A DNA stretch of 32,000 nt from Gammaproteobacteria bacterium (GTDB lineage: Bacteria; Pseudomonadota; Gammaproteobacteria; JBIOEC01), in contig OZ257143.1 of the NCBI GenBank assembly GCA_965279305.1, forward strand, positions 1,710,001 through 1,742,000, read 5' to 3'. The position numbers were made by a program, and so were the translations under genes. The number at the start of each line of letters is the position of its first letter. Within the stretch, counting starts at the first letter, position 1. Below are positions 9,867 through 20,231 of the stretch, in pieces. Below the pieces are notes generated by a model that ran no database searches, was not told the DNA's origin, and saw only the letters and a program-made list of their open reading frames with translations.

Positions 9867-10038
9867 ATTTTTACTCTTTAGGTTAAAATGAAATTTCCAG
9901 CCCAAAATTCTAACACAATAGGATCCTAAAAGGCAGAATAAGGGGGCAAAATCTCTTTTGAGCTCTATTTCCTGGATTAATGATAAATTAAGGAAATCCC
10001 TGCTAAAATAAAAAACAGTTTAAGAATGGTATGTACAC

Positions 10039-12498
10039 ATGGAATTAACTTATAACCCGCAGCTGACCGAAGAACAAGCCCAGGCCTTCTGGGTGGAACA
10101 TCAAAGCTTTATCGCTAAAGAAAATACCGGCAAAGAAAAATACTATTGCCTTTCTATGTTGCCCTACCCTAGCGGACAGCTCCATATGGGACACGTGCGT
10201 AATTACACCATAGGCGATGTAGTCAGCCGCTTTCAGCGTATGCAAGGTAAAGAAGTGCTACAACCTATAGGCTGGGATGCTTTCGGTCTTCCTGCAGAAA
10301 ATGCAGCTCTTAAACACAAAGTTGCGCCCAGTGAATGGACTCGAAAAAACATTGCCCATATGAAAGAGCAATTTAAACGCTTAGGCTTTGCTTATGATTG
10401 GAGCCGAGAACTAGCCACCTGTGATCCATCATACTATCGCTGGGAACAATGGTTATTTGTACAATTATTTAAACAAGGTTTAGTTTATCGCAAAAAGTCT
10501 TTTGTGAATTGGGATCCGGTTGATCAAACTGTTTTAGCAAATGAGCAAGTGATTGATGGCAAAGGTTGGCGTTCAGGCGCCGCGGTTGAACGCCGTGAAA
10601 TTTCTCAATGGTTTTTTAAAATTACCGCTTACGCAGAAGAATTATTAAACGATCTTGATACCTTAACCGGTTGGCCAGAGCAAGTTCGCACCATGCAACG
10701 TAATTGGATTGGTCGCTCTGTAGGTGCTGATATTCAATTTGAAATCGTTGAACCTCACCACTCTCCACTGACTGTTTACACCACTCGCGCAGACACTTTA
10801 TTTGGGGTTACTTATTTATCCATTGCTCCTCAACACCCTTTAGCATTGAAAGCCGCTGAAACCGATCCTGCTGTTGCAGCTTTTATCGAACAATGTAAAG
10901 CGGGCGCCGTTGCCGAAGCAGACAGAGCCAAACAAGAAAAAGCAGGTATAGCTACTGCGTTTCATGCGCGACATCCATTAACGGGGAAATCTATTCCTGT
11001 ATGGGTAGCTAATTATGTGTTAATGGAATACGGCACAGGCGCTGTCATGGCTGTTCCTGCACATGATGAAAGAGATTTTGAATTTGCTCAAAAATATGCG
11101 CTACCTATTCAAGTAGTGCTAAAACCCACTGACGATAAAACCATTGATTATACAAAAGAACCTTTTCTAGATAACGGTATATTAATAAATTCGGAAGGTT
11201 TTGATGGTTTAACCTCAGAAGCAGCATTGAATGCGATTACGGAAGCGCTGGAAAAAAATAGTGCTGGTAGTAAAAAAGTGCATTATCGTTTACGCGATTG
11301 GGGTGTTTCACGCCAACGTTATTGGGGTACGCCTATTCCCATCATTTATTGTGATAGCTGCGGAGCAGTCGCTGTGCCTGAAAAAGATTTACCCGTGGTG
11401 TTACCTGAAAATGTTGTGCTAACCCATCCCGGTTCTCCGCTTAAAGATATGCCTGAATTTTTCAATTGCAAGTGCCCACAATGTGGAAAAGATGCACATA
11501 GAGAAACAGATACATTAGATACCTTTGTTGAATCTTCTTGGTATTATGCTCGTTACACCTGCCCTGATCAAAACGAAAAAATGTTAGATGAACGCGCTAA
11601 TTATTGGTTAGCAGTAGATCAATATGTAGGCGGCGTTGAACATGCGGTGTTACATTTATTATATGCCCGCTTTTTTTATAAAGTATTGCGCGATCAAGGT
11701 TTAGTAAAAACCAGTGAACCTTTTACTAAGCTGCTCACCCAGGGAATGGTATTAAAAGATGGCGCTAAAATGTCAAAATCAAAAGGCAATGTGGTAGAGC
11801 CTAATCTTTTAGTTGATAAATACGGCGCTGATACGGCACGACTTTTTATTATGTTTGCAGCACCTCCCGAACAAAATTTAGAATGGAATGATGCAGCTGT
11901 TGAAGGTGCTTTCCGTTATTTAAATCGTTTATGGAAATTGGTGTACCAGCACACAGCTAAACCGGAAGTACCCCATTTAAATACAGCACAGCTTAGCGCT
12001 GAACATCAAAAAATTTGGCAACAAGTGCAACAAACCACTCAAAAGGTAAGCAAAGATTTTGGGCAACGCTTAATGTTTAATACGGCTGTGGCTTCTATGA
12101 TGGAGCTAACCAACGCTTTAACGCCATTAACTACCGATAGCCACCCCCAAGCTCAAGCTTTATTACGCGCGGGATTAAATCATTTAGTTCTTCTGCTTTC
12201 CCCTATAGCTCCCCATATTTGCCATGCGTTATGGAAAGAATTAGGACATAAAGAAGACGTTATTGATGCCGCTTGGCCTATCGTTGATGAAAAAGCACTC
12301 GTAAAAACCGAAATTAATTGGATGATACAAGTAAATGGAAAGCTGCGCGGGCAACTTACCCTACCCGTTGATATGCCAGCGCCTGAAGTAGAAGTGGCTG
12401 CCTGTGAAAATGCTAATGTCAAAAAATTCCTTGAAGGTAAAGCGATTAAGAAAATAATTATAGTACCTGGCAAATTAATTAATATTGTGGTGGCCTGA
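10039..12498 (+). CDS. leuS: Leucyl-tRNA synthetase
   Basis: HMGH (PYPSGQLHMGHVRNY) and KMSKS (GAKMSKSKGN) class I signatures; 819 aa, LeuRS-like throughout. Confidence 0.95.
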   Translation: MELTYNPQLTEEQAQAFWVEHQSFIAKENTGKEKYYCLSMLPYPSGQLHMGHVRNYTIGDVVSRFQRMQGKEVLQPIGWDAFGLPAENAALKHKVAPSEWTRKNIAHMKEQFKRLGFAYDWSRELATCDPSYYRWEQWLFVQLFKQGLVYRKKSFVNWDPVDQTVLANEQVIDGKGWRSGAAVERREISQWFFKITAYAEELLNDLDTLTGWPEQVRTMQRNWIGRSVGADIQFEIVEPHHSPLTVYTTRADTLFGVTYLSIAPQHPLALKAAETDPAVAAFIEQCKAGAVAEADRAKQEKAGIATAFHARHPLTGKSIPVWVANYVLMEYGTGAVMAVPAHDERDFEFAQKYALPIQVVLKPTDDKTIDYTKEPFLDNGILINSEGFDGLTSEAALNAITEALEKNSAGSKKVHYRLRDWGVSRQRYWGTPIPIIYCDSCGAVAVPEKDLPVVLPENVVLTHPGSPLKDMPEFFNCKCPQCGKDAHRETDTLDTFVESSWYYARYTCPDQNEKMLDERANYWLAVDQYVGGVEHAVLHLLYARFFYKVLRDQGLVKTSEPFTKLLTQGMVLKDGAKMSKSKGNVVEPNLLVDKYGADTARLFIMFAAPPEQNLEWNDAAVEGAFRYLNRLWKLVYQHTAKPEVPHLNTAQLSAEHQKIWQQVQQTTQKVSKDFGQRLMFNTAVASMMELTNALTPLTTDSHPQAQALLRAGLNHLVLLLSPIAPHICHALWKELGHKEDVIDAAWPIVDEKALVKTEINWMIQVNGKLRGQLTLPVDMPAPEVEVAACENANVKKFLEGKAIKKIIIVPGKLINIVVA

Positions 12499-13025
12499 TG
12501 ACAAACTTGGTGAAAAAAATAATTCTCACTCTATTTTTTAGTTTTACCTTGGCTGCTTGCGGCTTTCATTTGCGCGGCACTGTACCCATGCCTGATTATT
12601 TAAAAAAAATAGCCATACAACCCAATACACCACACTTACCGCTTCAAACCGAAATTAGAAATTTATTGGTTAATAATGGTGTACAAGTAGTGGATATTTC
12701 GCAAAAACCGGATGCGGTTTTACATATTATTACCGATGAATTTATTACTGAAGATACCAGTATTGGCGCTGATGGCCGGATCCGAGAAAAAAGCTATACT
12801 TACCAATCTTCCTTCGAGTTATTAACGCCGGAAGGACAAACGCTGCTACCGGTACAGTCGGTAAGAAGTCAGCGATTAATTGAATTTGATCCGGATCTGG
12901 CGCTAGCACAAACGATGGAAGCACAAATAGTAAAAATAGAAAATCGACGAGATGTGGCTAACCAATTGGTACAGCGTTTACGACACGCACCTAATGGTCC
13001 ACAAAAAGCAGCATTTGAAAAATAA
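12498..13025 (+). CDS. lptE: LPS assembly lipoprotein LptE
   Basis: Lipobox LAACGFHLRG, about 175 aa, in the position directly after leuS. The start overlaps the leuS stop (TGATG). Confidence 0.8.
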   Translation: MTNLVKKIILTLFFSFTLAACGFHLRGTVPMPDYLKKIAIQPNTPHLPLQTEIRNLLVNNGVQVVDISQKPDAVLHIITDEFITEDTSIGADGRIREKSYTYQSSFELLTPEGQTLLPVQSVRSQRLIEFDPDLALAQTMEAQIVKIENRRDVANQLVQRLRHAPNGPQKAAFEK

Positions 13026-13027
13026 TT

Positions 13028-13915
13028 ATGAAAGTAACATTTTCACAAATAACAAAACACTTAGAAACCACGCTTTCCCATTTTTATATTTTAATGGGTA
13101 ACGAACCTCTATTGGTTCATGAAGCCGCGGTGGCTATTAGAAAAAAAGCGTATGCAGCCGGATATACCGATAGACAATGGCTATGCCCTTCGCACCAAGA
13201 AGATTGGCAACAGATCAGTGGCCTCTACACCAATTTAGATTTATTCTCTCAGCGCCAGGTAATAGAAATTCATATCCCTAATGGAAAACCCAGCCAATAC
13301 GGGATACAACAATTATACAAATATGCACAACAACCTATTGATGATCATATTATTATTATTACCACCGAAAAAATTGATAAAGCACTGTTATCAAGCAAAT
13401 GGGTCAATGAGTGTGAATCCAATGGTGTATTAATGCCTATTTGGTCTTTTTCTTCCGCTGAAACCGCAGCCTGGTTACGCCAACGTACACAGCATTATCA
13501 ACTCAATATTGAACAACCCGCTTTTTTAGAATTGTTAGATCGCACTCAAGGCAATTTAGCCGCCGCGGAGCACGCTTTACAACAATTATCCTTATTGAAT
13601 CAAACCATCACATTAGAAAAACTACAGGCGTTTGTTTCAGATCAAGCGCAATATGCGGTAAGCGATTTTGTTCAGCATTTATTGCAACGCAATTATTCTA
13701 AAAGCTTGCATATTCTTAATCGGCTAGAACAACACGATGTTGAGCCTACATGGATTATATGGCAGCTTGCACAAGCACTCAGAACTTTTCATAAAGCTGC
13801 CGCCAAAAAAATATTGCCTTTGCTTAGCCAAGTAGAATCATTGGTGAAAAGCAATAACGGATTGGACAATTGGATAGCATTAAAAAACTTTACTTACGAG
13901 GCCATCAGATTATGA
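13028..13915 (+). CDS. holA: DNA polymerase III delta subunit
   Basis: Conserved position after lptE, with an N-terminal YILMGNEPLLVHEA pattern. At 295 aa it is shorter than the E. coli protein. Confidence 0.7.
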   Translation: MKVTFSQITKHLETTLSHFYILMGNEPLLVHEAAVAIRKKAYAAGYTDRQWLCPSHQEDWQQISGLYTNLDLFSQRQVIEIHIPNGKPSQYGIQQLYKYAQQPIDDHIIIITTEKIDKALLSSKWVNECESNGVLMPIWSFSSAETAAWLRQRTQHYQLNIEQPAFLELLDRTQGNLAAAEHALQQLSLLNQTITLEKLQAFVSDQAQYAVSDFVQHLLQRNYSKSLHILNRLEQHDVEPTWIIWQLAQALRTFHKAAAKKILPLLSQVESLVKSNNGLDNWIALKNFTYEAIRL

Positions 13916-14559
13916 CAACCCCATTATTAGGTGTATTTGGTGGGTCATTTGATCCGGTTCATTTAGGTCATTTACAAAGTTTATGGGAAGTGACTGAAAA
14001 ATTATTTCTAGATGATGTTCATATTATTCCTTGTGCCCAATCGCCGCTTAAACAAAAACCCCAAGCCAGCGACGATCAACGCGTAGAAATGTTGGAATTA
14101 GCAATACAAGGCCAACCCCGTTGGAAAGTAGATGAGCGCGAAATAGTACGCGGTGGAATGTCTTATATGATCGACACCTTAAAAAGCTTGCGCCAAACGT
14201 ATACCAAACATCATCTTTGCTTGATTATGGCCATTGATGTGATTGAACAATTACCTCAATGGAATCGCTGGCAAGAATTATTATCCATGGCTCATTTAAT
14301 TGTGATGACAAGACCTGGTTATCATTTGAAAGAAACGCCATGGGTTTTAGAATTAAAACGACGTTCAATGGAAACCTCTCAAGAACTGAGAGATAAAAAA
14401 TCGGGTGGAGTGTGTTGGACAGCCACTACTCACCTAGGCATTTCTTCTTCACAAATTCGCGATTTATGCGGCATGGGGCATGTGCCACCCTATTTGCTCC
14501 CCACCGCAGTTGCAGAATATATTAAACAACATCAACTTTATCAAACGGAAGTATTATGA
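13912..14559 (+). CDS. nadD: Nicotinate-nucleotide adenylyltransferase
   Basis: GVFGGSFDPVHLGH nucleotidyltransferase motif and ISSSQIR near the C-terminus. The ATG at 13912 overlaps the holA TGA (ATGA); the TTG start at 13870 in the ORF track is unlikely. Confidence 0.9.
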   Translation: MTTPLLGVFGGSFDPVHLGHLQSLWEVTEKLFLDDVHIIPCAQSPLKQKPQASDDQRVEMLELAIQGQPRWKVDEREIVRGGMSYMIDTLKSLRQTYTKHHLCLIMAIDVIEQLPQWNRWQELLSMAHLIVMTRPGYHLKETPWVLELKRRSMETSQELRDKKSGGVCWTATTHLGISSSQIRDLCGMGHVPPYLLPTAVAEYIKQHQLYQTEVL

Positions 14560-14894
14560 GTAAACCTGATTCAGTATCCCAGGCGCTATTAACAGTAGTA
14601 GAACAAGCATTGAAAGATTTAAAAGCAACGAAAATAGTCGTGCTAGATGTGCATAAACAATCTAGTTTTACCGATTTTATGGTGCTTGCCTCAGGTACAT
14701 CAACACGTCACGTCAAATCGATTGCCGATGAAGTCGTACGCCAAGTAGAAAAAGCGAATTATGTGGTGCTAGGCGTTGAAGGATATACCCATGGAGAATG
14801 GGTATTAGTGGATTTAGGCGAAGTCGTGGTTCACGTGATGACGCAAGCCACGCGTGAATTTTATCAACTGGAAAAACTTTGGGGCAACTTTTGA
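14556..14894 (+). CDS. rsfS: Ribosomal silencing factor RsfS (iojap family)
   Basis: 112 aa with FTDFMVLASGTSTRHVKSIAD, WVLVDLGEVVVHVM and REFYQLEKLW. ATGA overlap with nadD. Confidence 0.9.
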   Translation: MSKPDSVSQALLTVVEQALKDLKATKIVVLDVHKQSSFTDFMVLASGTSTRHVKSIADEVVRQVEKANYVVLGVEGYTHGEWVLVDLGEVVVHVMTQATREFYQLEKLWGNF

Positions 14895-15361
14895 AAATCC
14901 ATCTCATTACCATAGGACAACAGTTGCCCGACTGGATTAATGAAGGGTTTGCCGAATACGCTAAAAGATTACCGCCCGAATGTAAGCTACACTTAGTAGA
15001 GTTGCCTGCTGTAAAAAGAGCAAAAAATTACCCTGTGGCTCAAGCGATTGAAGAAGAAGGCAAACGCTTATTAGAAGCGATCCCTAAAAATTGTCATGTG
15101 ATTGCACTAGATGAGCGCGGAACGTTATGGAATACCATGACACTTTCTCAGCACTTCGCACAATGGCAACAACAAGGCCAATCAGTAGCATTATTAGTAG
15201 GCGGCGCAGATGGCTTATCCGATAGCTGTAAAAAAGCGGCTAAACAACTATGGTCTTTGTCACCTCTGACATTACCACATGGACTAGTGCGCGTAATGGT
15301 TGCCGAGCAACTTTATCGTGCCTGGAGTATTTTACAAAATCATCCTTACCATCGCGTATGA
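14891..15361 (+). CDS. rlmH: 23S rRNA (pseudouridine1915-N3)-methyltransferase RlmH
   Basis: LKIHLITIGQQLPDW..EYAKR, VIALDERG, LLVGGADGLS and SLSPLTLPH are SPOUT/RlmH-like. The start is taken as TTG at 14891, overlapping the rsfS TGA; TTG at 14879 is possible. Confidence 0.85.
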   Translation: MKIHLITIGQQLPDWINEGFAEYAKRLPPECKLHLVELPAVKRAKNYPVAQAIEEEGKRLLEAIPKNCHVIALDERGTLWNTMTLSQHFAQWQQQGQSVALLVGGADGLSDSCKKAAKQLWSLSPLTLPHGLVRVMVAEQLYRAWSILQNHPYHRV

Positions 15362-17193
15362 AACATGAATTTGCGTTAAAAGATCAAAAACAAGAAAAAG
15401 AATTATTTTTTAATCGTGCTGTCACCGCTTTTATTGTGATTGGGATTATATTTTCCATGATCATTATTCGCTTAGGTTATTTACAACTCGTTGATCATAG
15501 CCGCTATATTACCTTAGCTGAAAATAATCGCGTCAAAATTGTTCCTGTGGCACCTAATCGCGGACTTATCTACGATAGAAACGGCGTCTTATTAGCTGAA
15601 AATCTTCCCGCTTATAGTTTAGAAATTATTCCAGAGCAAGTGGATGATATTGAGCTGATCATTGAAGAGCTCAGTTATATTGTTGCCATTACCAAAGAAG
15701 ATAAAGAAGAATTTTATACCACACTCAAAAAGAAAAGACGTTTCCAAGGAATTCCTATTCGCTTGCAATTAACAGATGAAGAATTGGCGAATTTCTCTGA
15801 AAGACGACACGAATTTCCAGGCGTTGAAGTCAACGCCGGTTTAGTCAGACATTATATCTACCCTGCTCTTACCGCACATTCTATAGGCTATGTGGGACGC
15901 ATTAACGAGCAAGAAATGGAAGTGATTGATAAATCCAATTACAGCGCTTCATTGCATATGGGAAAAGTAGGCGTAGAAAAATCCTATGAAAAAGAATTGC
16001 ACGGCACCGTGGGATATCAACAAGTAGAAGTGAATGCAGGCGGTCGAGTGGTTCGCGTACTAGAATATAATCCGCCTGAAGCAGGCACCGATTTATATTT
16101 AGGCATCGATATTAATTTGCAACGAGTTGCACAAGTAGCCTTAGGTGAAAAGAAAGGCGCCGTAGTCGCGATGGATCCTAACACAGGCGAAATACTAGCC
16201 TTTGTCAGCAATCCTACGTTTGATGCCAATTTATTTATTCAAGGAATTGATCAAGAATCTTATACAGCACTCAATACTTCTCCTGATCGTCCTTTATTTA
16301 ATCGAGCCCTTATTGGGCAATATCCGCCTGGCTCCACAGTAAAACCGATTTTTGGACTTTATGCATTAGAAAATGAGTTTGCAACACCGCGCCATAGCAT
16401 TTATGATCCAGGCCATTTTGTTTTAGGTGGCAGACAACGCTTTCGTGACTGGCGTGCGCATGGCGAAGTAGATTTACATAAAGCGATTACCGTTTCCTGT
16501 AACACTTATTTTTATCAGCTCGCACATAAAATGGGTATCAACCATTTAGCCAATGCTTCTACTCAATTTGGATACGGGCAAACTACGGGCATCGATTTGC
16601 CTGGAGAAGCAAAAGGAATTGTCCCCTCACCTGAATGGAAGGAAAAAGCGCATGGACAACCCTGGTATCCAGGAGAAACGATTAGCGCGGGTATTGGGCA
16701 AGGATATACTTTAGTCACACCTATTCAATTAGCGAATGCGTCTGCAACCATGGCCAATAAAGGTCAACGCATGCAACCTCGCATGGTGAGAGCAACAGCA
16801 CCCTTAGGTGAAGAACCCGTACTGATTGATCCTATCGTTATTGATGAAATACCTATCAAAAATGAAAAAAACTGGGATTATATGAATAGCGCTATGCAAG
16901 GTGTGGCACATGGTTCAGGCGGTACTGCTGCTGGTATTGGTTACAACAGCCCTTATCGTATTGCCGGCAAAACAGGAACGGCGCAGGTATTTAATTTAGC
17001 AGGCGGCTCCTATAATGAATCTAAGCTGGCCAAACATTTGCGTGATCACAAATTGTTTATTGCTTTTGCACCTGCCGATGATCCTAAAATTGCAGTGGCG
17101 GTTTTGGTAGAAAATGATATTGGCCAAACCGCCATCGCACGCACTGTTATGGACTATTATTTAATAGGAAATGGTTATGTTGATTTCGAATAG
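15358..17193 (+). CDS. mrdA: Penicillin-binding protein 2 (elongasome transpeptidase)
   Basis: The ATG at 15358 overlaps the rlmH TGA. There is a TM anchor, RG.IYDRNG, the active-site PGSTVKP (SxxK), and KTGTAQV (KTG). Confidence 0.9.
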   Translation: MKHEFALKDQKQEKELFFNRAVTAFIVIGIIFSMIIIRLGYLQLVDHSRYITLAENNRVKIVPVAPNRGLIYDRNGVLLAENLPAYSLEIIPEQVDDIELIIEELSYIVAITKEDKEEFYTTLKKKRRFQGIPIRLQLTDEELANFSERRHEFPGVEVNAGLVRHYIYPALTAHSIGYVGRINEQEMEVIDKSNYSASLHMGKVGVEKSYEKELHGTVGYQQVEVNAGGRVVRVLEYNPPEAGTDLYLGIDINLQRVAQVALGEKKGAVVAMDPNTGEILAFVSNPTFDANLFIQGIDQESYTALNTSPDRPLFNRALIGQYPPGSTVKPIFGLYALENEFATPRHSIYDPGHFVLGGRQRFRDWRAHGEVDLHKAITVSCNTYFYQLAHKMGINHLANASTQFGYGQTTGIDLPGEAKGIVPSPEWKEKAHGQPWYPGETISAGIGQGYTLVTPIQLANASATMANKGQRMQPRMVRATAPLGEEPVLIDPIVIDEIPIKNEKNWDYMNSAMQGVAHGSGGTAAGIGYNSPYRIAGKTGTAQVFNLAGGSYNESKLAKHLRDHKLFIAFAPADDPKIAVAVLVENDIGQTAIARTVMDYYLIGNGYVDFE

Positions 17194-18268
17194 AAGTTGG
17201 GCACAACGTTTACATTTAGATCTACCTTTGCTGTGCGGTATCGGCTTACTCATGCTGATAGGCCTGATGATTATTTATAGTTCAGGCTCAGGTAGTTTTG
17301 TATTGTTACAAAAACAATTAATCCGTTTGGGATTAGCCATGGGCATTATTGTTTTGCTTGCACAAATCCCTCCCACTTATTATCGTACTTGGGCACCTTG
17401 GCTATTTGCTGTGGGATTAGTTTTATTAATGGCAGTACCCATCATCGGTGAATCACGCAAAGGTGCGCAACGTTGGATTAACTTAGGATTTACCACCTTC
17501 CAACCTTCGGAATTAATGAAGCTCGCTGTGCCTATGATGTTGGCCTGGTATTTTAGTAATAAAAAATTACCACCACATTTAAAAGATTTAATTATTGGAT
17601 TAACTTTACTCGCCGTGCCTACCGTGCTTATTGCGCAGCAACCCGATTTAGGTACGGGTATTTTAATTGCCGCCAGCGGACTTTTTGTTTTATTTCTCAC
17701 GGGCATTAGTTATCGACTGATATTAGCGGTTGGCGCCATCGGTGCTGCCTGCGTACCATTATTATGGAGCGTAATGCACGGTTACCAAAAACAACGCATT
17801 ATTACTTTATTTGATCCCGAAAGCGATCCACTAGGAACCGGCTATCATATTATTCAATCTAAAATTGCAGTGGGTTCGGGTGGTTTGTATGGCAAAGGTT
17901 GGATGAACGGTACGCAATCTCATTTACAATTTTTACCGGAACGTTCTACCGATTTTATTTTTGCCGTGTATGGTGAAGAGTTTGGATTTATAGGAGCCAT
18001 TGTTTTACTTGTTTTATATTTGTTAGTGATAGGCCGCGGACTTTTTATTGCAAGCCAGGCACAAGAAACTTTTACTCGTTTACTCGCTGGTGGTATTACT
18101 CTTACACTCGCTTTTTATGTGATGGTAAATGCTGGCATGGTAGTAGGCTTGCTTCCAGTGGTCGGAATACCCATGCCTATGCTAAGCTATGGGGGTACCT
18201 CGCTGGTTACTTTGGCAGCAGGATTTGGTATGCTTATGTCTATACAAACGCATCGCAAGATATTATAA
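17171..18268 (+). CDS. rodA: Peptidoglycan glycosyltransferase RodA (SEDS family)
   Basis: Polytopic SEDS protein with FQPSELMKLA, QPDLGT, TDFIFAVYGEEFGFIG and MLSYGGTS. It overlaps the mrdA end by 23 nt. Confidence 0.9.
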   Translation: MVMLISNRSWAQRLHLDLPLLCGIGLLMLIGLMIIYSSGSGSFVLLQKQLIRLGLAMGIIVLLAQIPPTYYRTWAPWLFAVGLVLLMAVPIIGESRKGAQRWINLGFTTFQPSELMKLAVPMMLAWYFSNKKLPPHLKDLIIGLTLLAVPTVLIAQQPDLGTGILIAASGLFVLFLTGISYRLILAVGAIGAACVPLLWSVMHGYQKQRIITLFDPESDPLGTGYHIIQSKIAVGSGGLYGKGWMNGTQSHLQFLPERSTDFIFAVYGEEFGFIGAIVLLVLYLLVIGRGLFIASQAQETFTRLLAGGITLTLAFYVMVNAGMVVGLLPVVGIPMPMLSYGGTSLVTLAAGFGMLMSIQTHRKIL

Positions 18269-18280
18269 AAGGAGTTTTTA

Positions 18281-19303
18281 ATGCGTATTCGTCTTATTTT
18301 AACATCCGCTATTTTAGCTTTGGTTGGCATTGCTCATGCCGAACCCACTAATTATTCACAAAAACCAGCCGTGCAATCTTTTATTGCTGAAATGAACGCT
18401 AAACATCAATACAACCAAGAAAAATTAACAGCGATGTTTGCAGAAGCTGAAAAGCAAGACAAAGTCATTGAACTGATGAACCGCCAAGCGGAATCTAAAC
18501 AATGGTATCAGTACCGCCCTATTTTCGTTACCGATGATCGCGCAAAAAAAGGGGCAGCATTTTGGGATAAGTACAAAATAGAATTAGCTGAAGCGCATAG
18601 ACGTTACGGCGTTCCCCCTGAAATTATTGTGGCTATTATTGGTGCAGAAACCAGTTACGGAACCAATGTAGGTAACTTTCCCGTGTTTGATACCTTAACT
18701 ACTTTAGCCTTTGATTATCCTAGACGTGCTCCTTTTTTCCGTAACGAGTTAGTGGAATATTTAATTATGACTCGCGACGAAAACTTAGATGCCATGGAAA
18801 TTAAAGGCAGCTATGCAGGTGCGATGGGACCACCTCAATTTATGCCTAGTAGCTACCGCGGCTATGCTGTTGATTATGAAGGCAATGACAATATTGATTT
18901 ACTGAACAATATGGAAGATGCCATTGTCAGTGTAGGTAATTACTTAAAACGTAATGGCTGGAAAGCGGACGAATCTTTTATTGCTGTTCGCGCTAAAACG
19001 AAAGGCAAAGGATTTCAAGAGCTGATTAGCAATGAGTTACGTGCAGGCACCGATGTTATCAAACCTCAGAAACCTTTTATTACCGTAAAAGAACTTGAGA
19101 AATATGGTGTGTATCCTGAAACTCCTGTTCCAGGAAATATGAAAGTCAGCATCATTGAGTTAAAAAATGAAAACAGTAATGAATATTGGTTAGGCTTTAA
19201 TAACTTTTATGCCATCACTCGTTACAATCATAGCAATATGTATGCCATGGCCGTTTATCAGTTAAGCCAAGACATCCTTAAATTTCATAAAGGAAATGGA
19301 TAA
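18281..19303 (+). CDS. mltB: Lytic murein transglycosylase B
   Basis: Signal peptide, IIGAETSYG (catalytic Glu context), GAMGPPQFMPSSY and YNHSNMYAMAV, all typical of the MltB/SltB family. Confidence 0.85.
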   Translation: MRIRLILTSAILALVGIAHAEPTNYSQKPAVQSFIAEMNAKHQYNQEKLTAMFAEAEKQDKVIELMNRQAESKQWYQYRPIFVTDDRAKKGAAFWDKYKIELAEAHRRYGVPPEIIVAIIGAETSYGTNVGNFPVFDTLTTLAFDYPRRAPFFRNELVEYLIMTRDENLDAMEIKGSYAGAMGPPQFMPSSYRGYAVDYEGNDNIDLLNNMEDAIVSVGNYLKRNGWKADESFIAVRAKTKGKGFQELISNELRAGTDVIKPQKPFITVKELEKYGVYPETPVPGNMKVSIIELKNENSNEYWLGFNNFYAITRYNHSNMYAMAVYQLSQDILKFHKGNG

Positions 19304-20217
19304 TGGAATATTGGTTATTAATTGGTACTTTATGCATAGCAGCTGGATTAACCGGCTGTGCTTCTTCTGGCAGCCGTCCTTCGCATAGCAGTCATGCTAG
19401 CCATAGCGGATATCACGATATTGATGCGAATTCTATTCCCGATCCAGTACCTAGACATGAGCCTAAAAGCAAATACGGTAACCCTAAATCCTATCATGTG
19501 TTGGGCAAAACCTATTATGTAGAAAATACAGCAGAAGGTTTTAGAGAACGAGGCCAAGCCTCTTGGTATGGACACCCATTCCACGGACGTCGTACCTCCA
19601 GTGGAGAAACATATGATATGTATTTAATGACGGCAGCTCACAAAACAGTGCCTATTCCCTCTTATATGCGCGTGACCAATTTAGAGAATGGAAAAAGTAT
19701 GATTGTGCGAGTAAATGATCGCGGACCTTTTCATGAAGGACGAGTCATTGATTTATCATACGCTGCCGCTAAAAAATTAGGCGTGCATGCCAGTGGCACA
19801 GCACCCGTAGAAATTGCTGTGGTTACACCAACACAGGATAATTATCCTAGACAGCCCGCGCGCGCGCCTTTAATGACAGCACAAGCCTCTCCGGCTAAAC
19901 CTTCATTAAAACCTGCACAATCTGCACCAAATACCACGACTACCGCTCAAGCGCCAGTCGTTTCTGACGCTGCTAATCAGCAAGCGTATTTACAAGTAGC
20001 CGCATTTAACTCAAAACCTCGCGCACAAGAAATGGCAAACCATTTACAAAACTTGCCAGAAGTACCGGGAATTGAAATTGAATCGGGCTATAGCAATAAT
20101 TCACCCGTACATCGAGTGCGTGTAGGGCCTTTTAACAGCCCCTCTTTTGCTCAAGAGTTTACCGCTTTTGTTAGCAAAATGTATCCAGATGTATCACCTG
20201 TAGTGATCACCCGGTAA
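19303..20217 (+). CDS. rlpA: Septal ring lytic transglycosylase RlpA (DPBB + SPOR domains)
   Basis: Lipobox GLTGCASS; DPBB core ASWYGHPFHGRRTSSGETYDM...VRVNDRGPF; Pro/Ala linker; C-terminal SPOR-like YLQVAAFNSKPRAQEMANHL...VRVGPF. Confidence 0.85.
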   Translation: MEYWLLIGTLCIAAGLTGCASSGSRPSHSSHASHSGYHDIDANSIPDPVPRHEPKSKYGNPKSYHVLGKTYYVENTAEGFRERGQASWYGHPFHGRRTSSGETYDMYLMTAAHKTVPIPSYMRVTNLENGKSMIVRVNDRGPFHEGRVIDLSYAAAKKLGVHASGTAPVEIAVVTPTQDNYPRQPARAPLMTAQASPAKPSLKPAQSAPNTTTTAQAPVVSDAANQQAYLQVAAFNSKPRAQEMANHLQNLPEVPGIEIESGYSNNSPVHRVRVGPFNSPSFAQEFTAFVSKMYPDVSPVVITR

Positions 20218-20231
20218 TCTAAAGCCATTAT

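Noticed and set aside
9967-9998. ATTTCCT-N17-AGGAAAT inverted repeat between the divergent CBS-like gene and leuS, as an operator
   Set aside because: It is a short 7-bp repeat in AT-rich DNA with alternative overlapping pairings. I cannot tell it from chance without comparative data.
12180-12473. Antisense or overlapping ORFs of 60-108 aa inside well-supported genes: 849..1043, 2094..2491, 2992..3492, 5057..5251, 8371..8571, 9390..9632, 10045..10245, 11231..11422, 12180..12473, 14713..14913, 16017..16229, 17380..17706, 19348..19584, 20236..20418, 22154..22348, 23402..23587, 24215..24445, 28032..28256, 29329..29550, 30170..30358, 30803..31096, 31760..31954
   Set aside because: Each lies wholly within a gene with strong motif support on the other strand or in another frame. 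The translations are low-complexity or Cys/Arg/Ser-rich, with no recognisable domains and no SD. They look like frame-shadow ORFs.
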